Assembly (NCBI GenBank): GCA_036630325.1
Contig: CP142728.1
Location: forward strand, 806,001-870,000
Direction of reading: 5' to 3'
Source: Vairimorpha necatrix
Taxonomy: Eukaryota
Length of the DNA: 64,000 nucleotides
The notes below the pieces were generated by a model that did no database searches, was not told the origin of the DNA, and saw nothing but the letters and a program-made list of their open reading frames with translations. Positions 37,201-46,906 of the stretch are shown here, in pieces. Position 1 is the first letter of the stretch; every line of letters starts with the position of its first letter. A program made the translations under genes and the position numbers.

Positions 37201-37956
37201 AAAAGAGTATTAGTTCCACTAGATAGAGTAATGGACGAGTTCAGTATCGAACGAATTCATATACAAGCAGCTCTAAGTAGATTTAGAGCATACAACAAGT
37301 GGAAACACAATAAGACAATCATATCGGATATAATCTCAATCAATCCGAAAGAAAGAAAAACTACCTGGTGTTCAAGAACACAAAGATGGTTAAAACGATT
37401 TGTCGGCAACGATTATGAATCAAGTGATAGTAGATTTATCACTACAAAAATAATTGATGTACTAAGAAGTCGAAGAACTCTAAATACTTCTTTAGCTGCA
37501 TCAATAGCAAATCAATATGACATAAGAAATTCACAAATAAAATATGTCATGAACAAAATAAATAATAGAAAAATTAGAACATATACTAGATTGAGATGTA
37601 ATCTAGTAAAGTGGTCCTCAGCAATAGCATATTCAAAAAGAATACCAATGAGTTATAGAAACAAATGCTTTTTGTGTGATGGACCACAAGAAAATTTAGA
37701 ACACTTTCTGCTGGAGTGCGTCTGTTTAACTGACATTAGATCATCTTTTGAAAATAAACTGCCTCTACTGACTTGTTCAAAAACAAATAACCAAGAAAAA
37801 ACCAAATTACTTCTTGGTAATAAAATCGGATTAAGAAACAACCCAGAAAAGATAAAAGAACTTTGTTGGACTATAGAGTTCTTAGATAGAATGGTTGTCT
37901 CTAGAAGAATTATATTTGAAAAGAAACTTAAGGAGATAACGAAACAAGGTAATTAA
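34264..37956 (+). CDS. LINE ORF2: AP endonuclease + reverse transcriptase + CCHC zinc finger (intact, about 1230 aa)
   Basis: SLNINHL, CLQET, VMGDMN, IDTIF, SDH; KAAGPDEI, FIDFEKAYD, QGCPCSP, FADD, YRYLG; CFLCDGPQENLEHFLLEC. ATG at 34264 overlaps the ORF1 end (ATGAATAA). Confidence 0.96.
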   Translation: MNKVSLLKSCYYRKLFSYNKSDIFKSLNKKTHNPIGFTQIKNTFQTTTRLKSLKYFFIRKNMWWKKVQEQYCIVKIQRIPYGVKDLLKDLCKKNSFLENSIITARKYRRRDTSFTKIIVEKLHAKLLIKTVKAKGFKVLNDNRKELEKSSKVNKKTKENIKLLSLNINHLSNKRLELEFLLKKEKPEIMCLQETWRQSTRPLKLEKYTTVETPSGGKNKPGLITLVRNNGAIRCSKKGTDSNILQTVVEFSSAGKWIKYLVLNVYIPQNKDLKRETLARLFSLLEKENFRNNYSEIIVMGDMNMQSSSLKKKLSVVGLPVTIKYNSKDGTRILKDGKRSKRKIDTIFRLKSNDNEKIIISKSWVLSDHLVLKRKIKLAVDKISDQLVYDKKMLENPKVIKKLKKKLCNQQLNMNNLPEIIQKVCTSLKIYKKRRFHTGLTMRWRYLKVFKEKRLAARAVMKNYNEINSIRFEYLKKRVDETKKLIRKDRSKLWALRGIRFFKSNRSREFWQWLKNRSVSIRLDQVALIDHNKILQTCRAKKLEIANKFYADLASENDIDVNVYDKVDLVDLPPEITDEEFLSALKKCGNNKAAGPDEIPTELYKYLLTRAVKDKFFKFMLHEFNKYICGNSPPEYWSMANMICLHKKGDETDLNNYRGISLINTISKIYLKIINDRLTQFVEEQDILSRYQAGFRAGEECMNQITSLLEIVRRREFRGLNTIMCFIDFEKAYDNVSHDLLFEKLTKLNIPLYLINTIKDIYKYTTMRVKIGGDTSSGYNYRKGVRQGCPCSPMLFNIFINDIFDGIEGVLIPRSNTRVPGLMFADDIVVFGNNIDDLNNKINRISNWAVNNRMKINCSKSGVLEWAAHSNIQEFRSLYSLSTDFGVIEEVTEYRYLGVLTKRNTLEEHLVKDAAMRGKKALDALMPKLMNGSINLYFKAILIKCVLVPTLMYGSELWGMSSTRAGKINRILRKSIRMIFKRVLVPLDRVMDEFSIERIHIQAALSRFRAYNKWKHNKTIISDIISINPKERKTTWCSRTQRWLKRFVGNDYESSDSRFITTKIIDVLRSRRTLNTSLAASIANQYDIRNSQIKYVMNKINNRKIRTYTRLRCNLVKWSSAIAYSKRIPMSYRNKCFLCDGPQENLEHFLLECVCLTDIRSSFENKLPLLTCSKTNNQEKTKLLLGNKIGLRNNPEKIKELCWTIEFLDRMVVSRRIIFEKKLKEITKQGN

Positions 37957-38376
37957 TATGAATAATTAAAAAAATGAAGATCTAGAAATAGAAGAAAGAG
38001 ACGTTGATTTATTAACAAGAAGACTTATATTTAATTATATTTGACCTGGGAGAGGTCGGGCATGATACTGATGCTGTATTGTTCCGCTGAACTGAGTCGT
38101 GTTCTTAAATGGTGTATTGAGCCAGGCGTTTTCGTTTTTCATTAGACCCATGAAAGTGGGTCTCTAGTCATATTATGACTAAGGATGTGTCCTATGGGAA
38201 CAAACTTTTCTCCTACAAGCGAGGCCGTTAAGGTATGCTGGCGTGTAAGCGCACTTATTGATGATTTTTTCTTTATTAGTGGAGTTTTTGGTGCTTTGGA
38301 GGCTTTTCTTCGTTTTGCTGATTCTGTCTTTTTTTACAATAAACAATTTTAATTTTTTTTTTAGGTGCAGATCTCT

Positions 38377-38445
38377 ACCCTCCACAAGAGAGCGTCCACG
38401 TCGCGGAGGGTGGGACCGATGTTTTTTAACTAGGTGCAGATCTCT
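38377..38445 (+). ncRNA. HDV-like self-cleaving ribozyme (intact nested double-pseudoknot fold)
   Basis: P1 ACCCTCC/GGAGGGT, P2 AGAGA/TCTCT, P3 GCG/CGC, L3 TCCACGT, P1.1 CC/GG, P4 ACC...GGT, J4/2 GCAGA with the putative catalytic C at 38437. Confidence 0.88.
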
Positions 38446-38872
38446 AAGTCTTACCAACCTTCGGCTGCTGGTTGGTAAGTAGGGTCAGCTATACTCTAGG
38501 GGTGGGAGACCCATTGCTGGTGAGAAGAACGCCGTTAACTTTCGAGTAATTCTTCATATTTTTAACCTGGGAGAGGTTGGGCATGATACTGAAGCTGTAT
38601 TGTTCCGCTGAACTGAGTCGTGTTCTTAAATGGTGTATTGAACCAGGCGTTGTGTTTTCGTCAGGTCCGCGAAATATGTAGTCAGAGATGACTAAGGATC
38701 TGTTACCTACGGGAACAAATTTTTCTCCTACAAGCGAGGCCGTTGAGGTATGCTGGCGTGTAATCGCAATTATTGATGTTTTTCTGGTTGGTGGAGTTTT
38801 TGGTGGCTTGGTGGCTTTTCTTCGTTTTGCTGATTCTTTCTTTTTTACAATAAACAATTTTATTTTTTTTTT
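38446..38872 (+). mobile_element. Non-autonomous SINE/SIDE-like unit 1 sharing the LINE 3' tail
   Basis: About 120-nt head, then ACCTGGGAGAGG...ACAATAAACAATTTT(T)n homologous to LINE 3' UTR 38044-38362; 441-bp periodicity with unit 2. Confidence 0.85.
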
Positions 38873-39315
38873 AGGTGCAGATCTCTAAGTCTTACCAACC
38901 TTCGGCTGCTGGTTGGTAAGTAGGGTCAGCTATACTCTAGGGGTGGGAGACCCATTGCTGGTGAGAAGGACACCGTTAACTTTCGAGTAATTCTTCATAT
39001 TTTTAACCTGGGAGAGGTTGGGCATGATACTGAAGCTGTATTGTTCCGCTGAACTGAGTCGTGTTCTTAAATGGTGTATTGAACCAGGCGTTGTGTTTTC
39101 GTCAGGTCCGCGAAATATGTAGTCAGAGATGACTAAGGATCTGTACCTACGGGAACAAATTTTTCTCCTACAAGGGAGGCCGTTGAGGTATGCTGGCGTG
39201 TAAACGCAATTATTGATGTTTTTCTGGTTGGTGGAGTTTTTGGTGGCTTGGAGGCTTTTCTTCGTTTTGCTGATTCTGTCTTTTTTTACAATAAACAATT
39301 TTATTTTATTTTTTT
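38873..39315 (+). mobile_element. Non-autonomous SINE/SIDE-like unit 2
   Basis: Near-identical to unit 1; begins with AGGTGCAGATCTCT; followed by AGTCTTACCAAC. Confidence 0.85.
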
Positions 39316-42300
39316 AGTCTTACCAACACCCTATGAAGGGTAAAGCGCAACAAACCAGGAGCAAGCTCAGTAGAGCAAAAAGTGACCACTTTGGTGGTCC
39401 AAACAACAATTTAGATACAGAAATGTATTTAAAACAACAAACTAAGCATGTATATGCTAATAAAAGTTTCATAAGTGTTACTTTCAAAAATGATGGAGAA
39501 ATGAAATATTTTCTCAAGAAAATCAAAATTCTCTCAGAAAGAATTAATAAAAACGATATTTTCGACACGTCAAAAAAAGAAAATAACAAAGATCTTCTTG
39601 ATATTAAAAGATACATATCTAGCACTACTGAATTAGTATTGATTCAGCAGACATATTTGGAGCTCTTCCATGATAAGCTAGAAAAACAAAATATCAAATT
39701 AAAAAATTTGAAAAAAAATAATCTGATGGATGACAGTAATCAAATTACAGAATCAACAAAAAATAAAATTGAGATGATGATAGAGAATCACTCAAAAGAA
39801 TATGTAGAACAAAAGGATAATAACTCCGATGTTCCAAATGATACCAGTAGCGAAACCCTTCAGTTAGCTACTGGAAACAATGATATTTCTAAATTAGAAA
39901 TCATCAATGAAGATGTTTTAATTAATGTCAAAAATCTCCCATCTGCTGTCATAAATCTCGACACTGCTGTCAAAGTAGAAGAACAAGATAAATTGTCAGA
40001 AGATGGCAAAAGAAAATGTATAGATGTTTCAAAGGCATCTACAGATATTATAATTAATAAAAATATTAAACCAAAAGATGGTAAGCTAGATATAGCTTCC
40101 ATTAACAAAAAAGCAGTAGTTAGACATCTGTCAACTATCTCTGCTATTATAGCTGGTAAAAGAAAAGCTCCTAAGAATGGAGTCAAGCTTTTCCATATAA
40201 ACGAAGACGGATGGACATCTGTCAAACACACATTCAAGCCTAAAGTCCAGATAGACTTGAAGAAAAACAGAAGTGGTAAAACCACAGATAAAACCAACTT
40301 TAATAGATTTAAATCACTTAAAGTAGAAACTGGTGGCAATGTAAAAGTGCCTAAAAAGATTAATCATGAAGCTGTAAAGAGAAAAGATATCATTCATAAA
40401 AAAGATCATGAAAAAAGAAGATTACTAAATCAGAAAATAAATTTTACAAAAAAAAACGAAGGACAGAAAAAATGAGAAATGTCAACAAAAAAGAAGGCCA
40501 GTTTTACCAAAGAAAAACTGGGCCAAAGAGCTAACTGAAGAAGCTCTTATGAAAATTATAAAGGACGGTAGAATTATTTCCAAATGTAAGTTTAGGCTAG
40601 CTCTTGCTTCTGGACTCGGATTGAAAGGGAAACCTCAATCTAGAGACGCTTGGGCAGCCTTAGCTGATGTGGAAAATAAAGATATACCACTTATAAAACA
40701 ATTTAAAGACTCGGAAGTAGTACTTCTGATGATTAGAGAACACGTGTGCCAAAAGGTACTAAGCAAGATTAAAGAAAAGTTCGGAGGTTCTAATATCTGC
40801 GATGAAGTTAATTTCTTCATCGACTTTTTGTCTTTAACAAAAACAACTGTTCTAGGAGAGCTGCAAAGACTCTCTGGAACGCATAAAAATTTTGTACCGC
40901 TTGTAAAAGCATGTTGGTACATAACTAAAGAATTAAATAAAGAAAAGCCAAACCATGGTTCTTTCATTTATTTAGAAAATATGATGGGTGAGCCTGCCCG
41001 AGAATCTAAGGACTTTAACAATGAATAAAGTATCTTTGTTAAAGTCCTGTTATTATAGGAAATTATTTTCCTATAACAAGAGTGATATTTTCAAATCTCT
41101 AAATAAAAAAACGCATAATCCAATTGGATTTACTCAGATTAAAAATACTTTCCAAACGACAACGAGATTGAAAAGTCTCAAGTATTTTTTCATTAGAAAG
41201 AATATGTGGTGGAAGAAAGTACAAGAACAATATTGTATTGTCAAGATACAAAGAATTCCTTATGGAGTGAAAGATCTCCTCAAAGACTTATGTAAGAAGA
41301 ACTCTTTTTTGGAGAATTCCATTATTACAGCAAGAAAATATAGACGAAGGGACACGTCATTCACAAAAATAATAGTTGAAAAACTACATGCAAAGTTATT
41401 GATTAAGACAGTTAAAGCTAAAGGCTTTAAAGTTTTAAATGATAATAGAAAAGAACTAGAGAAATCTAGTAAAGTAAATAAAAAGACCAAAGAGAACATA
41501 AAACTCTTAAGTCTAAACATTAATCATCTCTCTAATAAGAGAGAAGAACTTGAGTTTCTTCTTAAGAAGGAGAAACCAGAAATTATGTGTTTACAAGAAA
41601 CTTGGAGACAATCTACAAGACCTTTGAAACTTGAAAAATACACTGCAGTTGAAACACCTAGTGGTGGAAAAAATAAACCAGGATTAATAACTCTGGTTAG
41701 AAATAATGGAGCGATCAGATGTTCCAAAAAAGGAACCGACTCAAACATTCTGCAAACTGTAGTTGAGTTTAGTTCCGCAGGCAAATGGATTAAGTATTTA
41801 GTCTTAAATGTCTACATACCACAAGACAAGGATCTCAAGAGGGAGACCTTGGCCAGATTACTTTCTCTTTTAGAAAAAGAGAATTTCAGAAATAACTATA
41901 GTGAGATCATAGTGATGGGAGATATGAATATGCAGAGTTCTAGTCTCAAGAAAAAATTAAATGTAGTTGGTTTGCCAGTTACAATAAAATATAACAGCAA
42001 CGATGGTACAAGGATTCTCAAAGATGGTAAAAGATCTAAGAGGAAAATTGATACCATCTTTCGACTAAAAAGTAATGATAATGAGAAGATCATTATATCC
42101 AAGTCTTGGGTATTAAGTGATCACTTAGTGCTCAAAAGAAATGTTAAACTTACTGTTGATAAGATCTCAGATCAACTAGTTTATGATAAGAAGATGCTGG
42201 AAAATCCAAAAGTGATTAAAAAGCTTAAAAAGAAGTTGAGTAATCAACAATTAAACATGAATAATCTTCCTGAGATTATTCAAAAAGTTTGTACATCTTT

Positions 42301-42898
42301 GAAGATTTACAAAAAGAGAAGAGTCCATACTGGTCTTACAATGAGATGGAGATATTTAAAAGTCTTCAAAGAAAAACGTCTAGCAGCAAGAACTGTTATG
42401 AAAAATTACAATGAAATCAACTCAATTATATTCGAATATCTCAAAAAGAGAGTTGACGAAACTAAAAAGTTGATTCGCAAAGATAGATCGAAACTTTGGG
42501 CTTTACGAGGAATAAAGCTCTTTAAAAGTAATAGATCCCGAGAATTCTGGCAATGGCTGAAAAATAGAAGTGTTTCCATTCGTTTGGATCAAGTGGCTCT
42601 AATTGACCACAATAAGCTTCTTCAGACTTGCCGAGCAAATAAGCTAGAAATAGCGAATAAATTTTACGCCGTATTAGCGTCAGAGAATGATATAGATGTC
42701 AATGCCTATGATAAAGTAGATCTTGTTGATCTTCCCCCAGAGATAAAAGATGAATAATTTTTATCCGCACTGAAGAAATGCGGAAATAACAAAGCAGCCG
42801 GTCCTGATGAGATTCCAACCGAGCTATACAAACACTTACTGACTAGAGCAGTAGAAGAAAAATTCTTTAAATTCATGCTACATGAATTTTTTAAATAT

Positions 42899-45800
42899 TG
42901 TGGTCTGTTGGTTTCCCAACAGACCGAGAAGAATGTTTTAAGCCATATTTTTTATTATCCTTCATACCCTTCTGGGCATGAATTTCTTTTATGTTTGTCG
43001 GAGGGAAAATATACAATATTTTCCCTCCAAAAACATAATTGGGAAGAGGAAGAGAATACTTATAGAATAGTATTCTCTGGTCTCCAGGGTAATCTTAGGA
43101 CCACTGGAGAACTGTTCCTTGACACTCCCCCCTTCTTTATTGGCTCCCATGTTTCCAGCTCAAAGTCCATCTTTTTTAAGTCTTTCCCATTTACCTTAAA
43201 CACGTCATTATTGGGATTTTTTATCTCGTATGCACCTTTCCTCCCGACTTTCGTTATAGCGTATGGGCCTTCAAATTTGCTGTCTAGTTTATTTCTAATG
43301 CTTATAGGTGGTTTTCTTCTTAATACCACATCACCTACTTGAAGTGCAAATTCTTTCCCCTCTACTATTTCCCTTTCTCTGGCCTCTCTTTCGGCTTGTA
43401 ACATAGTATCACGGGTTTGCTTCAATCTTTCAAATATTAAAAAATTATCTTCTAAACATAAGAGTTCTCTTTCGGGATGCTCCCATAATAAGGGTTTCCG
43501 TCCGTATAATAATTCAAAAGGAGAAAATCCTGTCTTCTTCCTCGGAGAAATTCTGTATGCGTACAGAGCCAGTTCAAAATCTTCATCCCAGTCTTTCCAC
43601 CTTCCATTTATCATTTTAGCCAGTTTTGCTACTAATGATTGGTTGGTTCTCTCTACCGTGCCATTGCATTGTGGGTGGTAAGCTGAAGTAAAAGATTTCT
43701 TTATTTTAAATATTCCACATAATTCCTTGACCGTGTTGTTCAAAAATTCAAGTCCTCTATCTGATAGTAATTCGTTGGGCGGACCATGTCTACATACTAT
43801 TTCTTCAAAAATAAATTTAGCTACCGTCTTAGCCGATTTATTTCTCACGGCTTTTGCTTCGCACCATCTTGTTAGATAATCCGTGGCAACTATTAAATAT
43901 GTTTTCCCATTTTCCGACTTAGGTAGAGGACCTACCATATCAATTCCTATCAGTGAAAATGGGTCCTTGAGTCGAATTCTATGATGTTGCTTTGGTGTTC
44001 TTTTTAAATTAAATTTTAGACACACCTGACATTTTTCGAGTTCCTGTTTAATATCTGCGTACATACCTTTCCATTTTGTTTTATCGAGAACTAAAGCATA
44101 TGTTGGATACATACTGCCATGTCCACACTCTTCGTGACATTTTAAAATCAGTTCTTTACGACTCTCGGCCGATAATTCTAGTTCATCTTCATAATTTACT
44201 ACATGAACAAATCTCGTTAGTCCGTCCGCTATAATGTTCTCTTTGCTTTTTATATATTCAATGTCATATGAGTAGTTTTAGAGTGTGAGAATCCATCTCA
44301 TTAATCTACCAGTGCTCTCTTTATAACTCAGCAGCCATTTGAGGGCGTGATGATCTGTTCGAATTGTAAAAGTATTTGTTAGGTAAATCCGGAACTGGGA
44401 TATGCTCCATATTATTGCCAAGCATTCCTTTTCGGTTACGGTGTAATTAATTTCAGCAGTATTTAATTTCCTTGAGATAAAATATACGGGCATTTCAGTC
44501 TTCTCGTATCTTTGCATCAGTGTTGCTCCTATGTAAAGGTTGGATGCATCTGTGTATAAGATAAATCTCTTATTGAAGTCCGGTAACTTGAGAACGGGAG
44601 AGCTCGTAATAATTTCTTTTATTTTCCCTACACTTTGTTTTGCTTCTTCAGAAAAATATAAATTTACCTTTCTTCAAGCAGTCATAGATAGGAGCCATTA
44701 TATCTGTATAATTCCTTATAAATTTTCTAAAATAGTTTATGAACCCAATAAAGGCTCTAGTTTCTTTAAGAGTGGCTGGGATTTTTAAATTAAGACATTT
44801 CGTCTGTTGCTCAAGTGGTATACTTACTCCATTCTTATTTATCGTATATCCCAAAAAATTCACCGTATTCTTTCCGATTTTACATTTTTTGTGATTAACT
44901 TTCAATTTCAATTTGTTTAAAATTTCAAAAACTGCTTCAATGTGCTTTACGTGCTCTTCAATCGATCTAGAGTATATCATAATGTCGTCTAGATATACTT
45001 GTACAAATTTATGTAGGTACGGAGACAGTATAGAATTCATTATCTTATGGAATGTAAAGGGTGCATTTACGAGTCCAAATGGCATCCTAACCCATTGAAA
45101 CGTTTTTGTCCTACTCCTAATAGCTGTAAGATATCTATCTTTTCCCGAATTCTTATTTGATGGTACCCAGATTCCAAGTCCAATACTGTAAATATAGATG
45201 CTCCTTGTAATTCTTCTATAGTTTCTTATACAAGTGGAATAGGATAGATCATCTTCTTTGTGATTTTATTCAACCTTCTAAAGTCTATGCAAAATCTAAT
45301 ATCACCATTAGGTTTCTTGACAAGAACCACCGGGGAAGTATAGTCTGATTCACTGTTCTCAATAAATCCTATACTCAAAAACTCTTGAATCTTACTTTCA
45401 ATAATCTCGTTTTGTTCTGGAGATCTTCTGTATTGAATATTTCTTACTTCCGAAAAGTCATTTGTTATTTCTATGGCGTGCTCAATATCTAAGCTTGATT
45501 TTAAATCATTATTGTGGAAAACAGCTGGATACTTTGAGATAAGTTTATTAAATTTTTCTTTGTCCTCCTGTGCCGTGTCTTCTTCTCCGACGTCTACAGT
45601 TTGAGTTTCGAGTACTTCGGGAGTTGTTGTGCAGACTGATTTTGTTATTAACGCATTTCTCATCTTATCAAGAATTTTGAGTAAGTTCAGATTTAGAACA
45701 TCTGAGAGGCCAATAATAAGGTCTTCTGGTAAGTTTTCTACTACATGTGCTTCTAATATTCTCGTTTTCTTAGTTTTAGGCTCTTTGACACTAAATTCCA

Positions 45801-46906
45801 CTATGCCTTCTGATTTCACTGTACCGCCCACTCCTACTATATTCAGGGTCTCTTTTCTTGGATTCAGACCCAATAGTTGGGCCTTCTTTTTATTAATGCA
45901 ATTAATTTCCGCTCCCGTGTCAATGAGCGCAGCAATCTTTTCTCTCCCTGAAAAAAAATTAATCCTTGCTCGGACATCCGATAAATTATCGTTTTTAGCC
46001 ACTCTACCTATCTTTAGGATTAATGAAGAATTTGTCTGTACTGCTTTCTTGGGGACAGTTTTATATTCTTTCATTTCTTGACAGGTTACTTTATTCTGTG
46101 GCTTTTTAAAAAAAGTTTTCCTTTTCTTTAGGTATTTATTTATTAAAAAATCCTTTTCTTCTACGAGTTCTAGTAACTCTATCCACTCTTTGGTTTCACT
46201 GATCGCCTCCTTTAATATCTCGGGGGAGTTTCTTCCAATCGCAATCTTAGATCTCTCAAAGTGCTCAATGCTTCCTTTAGCACACCTTTTTAGGTCATAA
46301 GCGTAACTCAAGATGTCGCTTTCCTTCGGACCCTCTACGTATAGGTGCATGAATAGATCTGTTACGTCTTCCACTAGTTTTTTTTTTTAGGTATTTTTTA
46401 TTAAAGTGGGATTTGAATGTCTCGTAATCTACAATCTCCTCGCCCTCAAAAGCTTTAAAACATTTCAACGCTTTGCCTTTTAGTTTTGACTTGGCAATAT
46501 CTAGCGTCTTCGCTTGAGAGTACACATCTTCAATTTCTCGAAATTGAGACAGAAAGTCTTCGGCTTTGTTCAGATCTTCGCCGGTAAATTCTAACCATCT
46601 GTTCTGAAGACATAGTTTTTTCATTTGAGAAAGGATGTTGTCGAGATCATCGCTCTTATCCTCATCATCGTTACCACCATTGTGGTCTGTTGGTTTCCCA
46701 ACAGACCGAGAAGAATGTTTTAAACCATATTTTTTATTATCCTTCATACCCTTCTGGGCATGAATTTCTTTTATGTTTGTCGGAGGGGAAATATACAATA
46801 TTTTCCCTCCAAAAACATTATTGGGAAAAGGAAGATAATACTTATAGAATAGTATTCTCTGGTCTCCAGGGTAATCTTAGGACCACTGGAGAACTGTTCC
46901 TTGACA
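42899..46906 (-). mobile_element. Ty3/gypsy retrotransposon, 226-bp LTRs, TSD AATAT, disrupted gag-pol
   Basis: LTRs 42899-43124 and 46681-46906 (TG...CA); AATAT at 42894-42898 and 46907-46911; PBS TGGTGGTAACG; PPT 43125-43138; IDTGA, YLDD and integrase motifs. Confidence 0.95.

Larger units (their letters stand above)
31301..38362 (+). mobile_element. APE-type non-LTR retrotransposon, copy 1 (ORF1 interrupted by Merlin)
   Basis: ORF1 from ATG 31375, ORF2 APE-RT-CCHC, about 400-nt 3' UTR ending ACAATAAACAATTTTAA(T)n. Confidence 0.92.

Noticed and set aside
38040-38110. U1 snRNA-like look of ACCTGG..CATGATACTGA(A/T)G at the start of the shared tail
   Set aside because: Lacks the ACTTACCTG 5' end, the stem-loop I pairing is poor and no convincing U1 fold is visible.
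38179-39298. Repeated 92-122 aa minus-strand ORFs in the short units
   Set aside because: They derive from antisense T-rich tail sequence, and frames differ between copies through indels.
38362-39327. CRISPR-like repeat/spacer reading of the AGGTGCAGATCTCT repeats
   Set aside because: Eukaryotic context, irregular spacing, spacers homologous to each other, and no cas genes.
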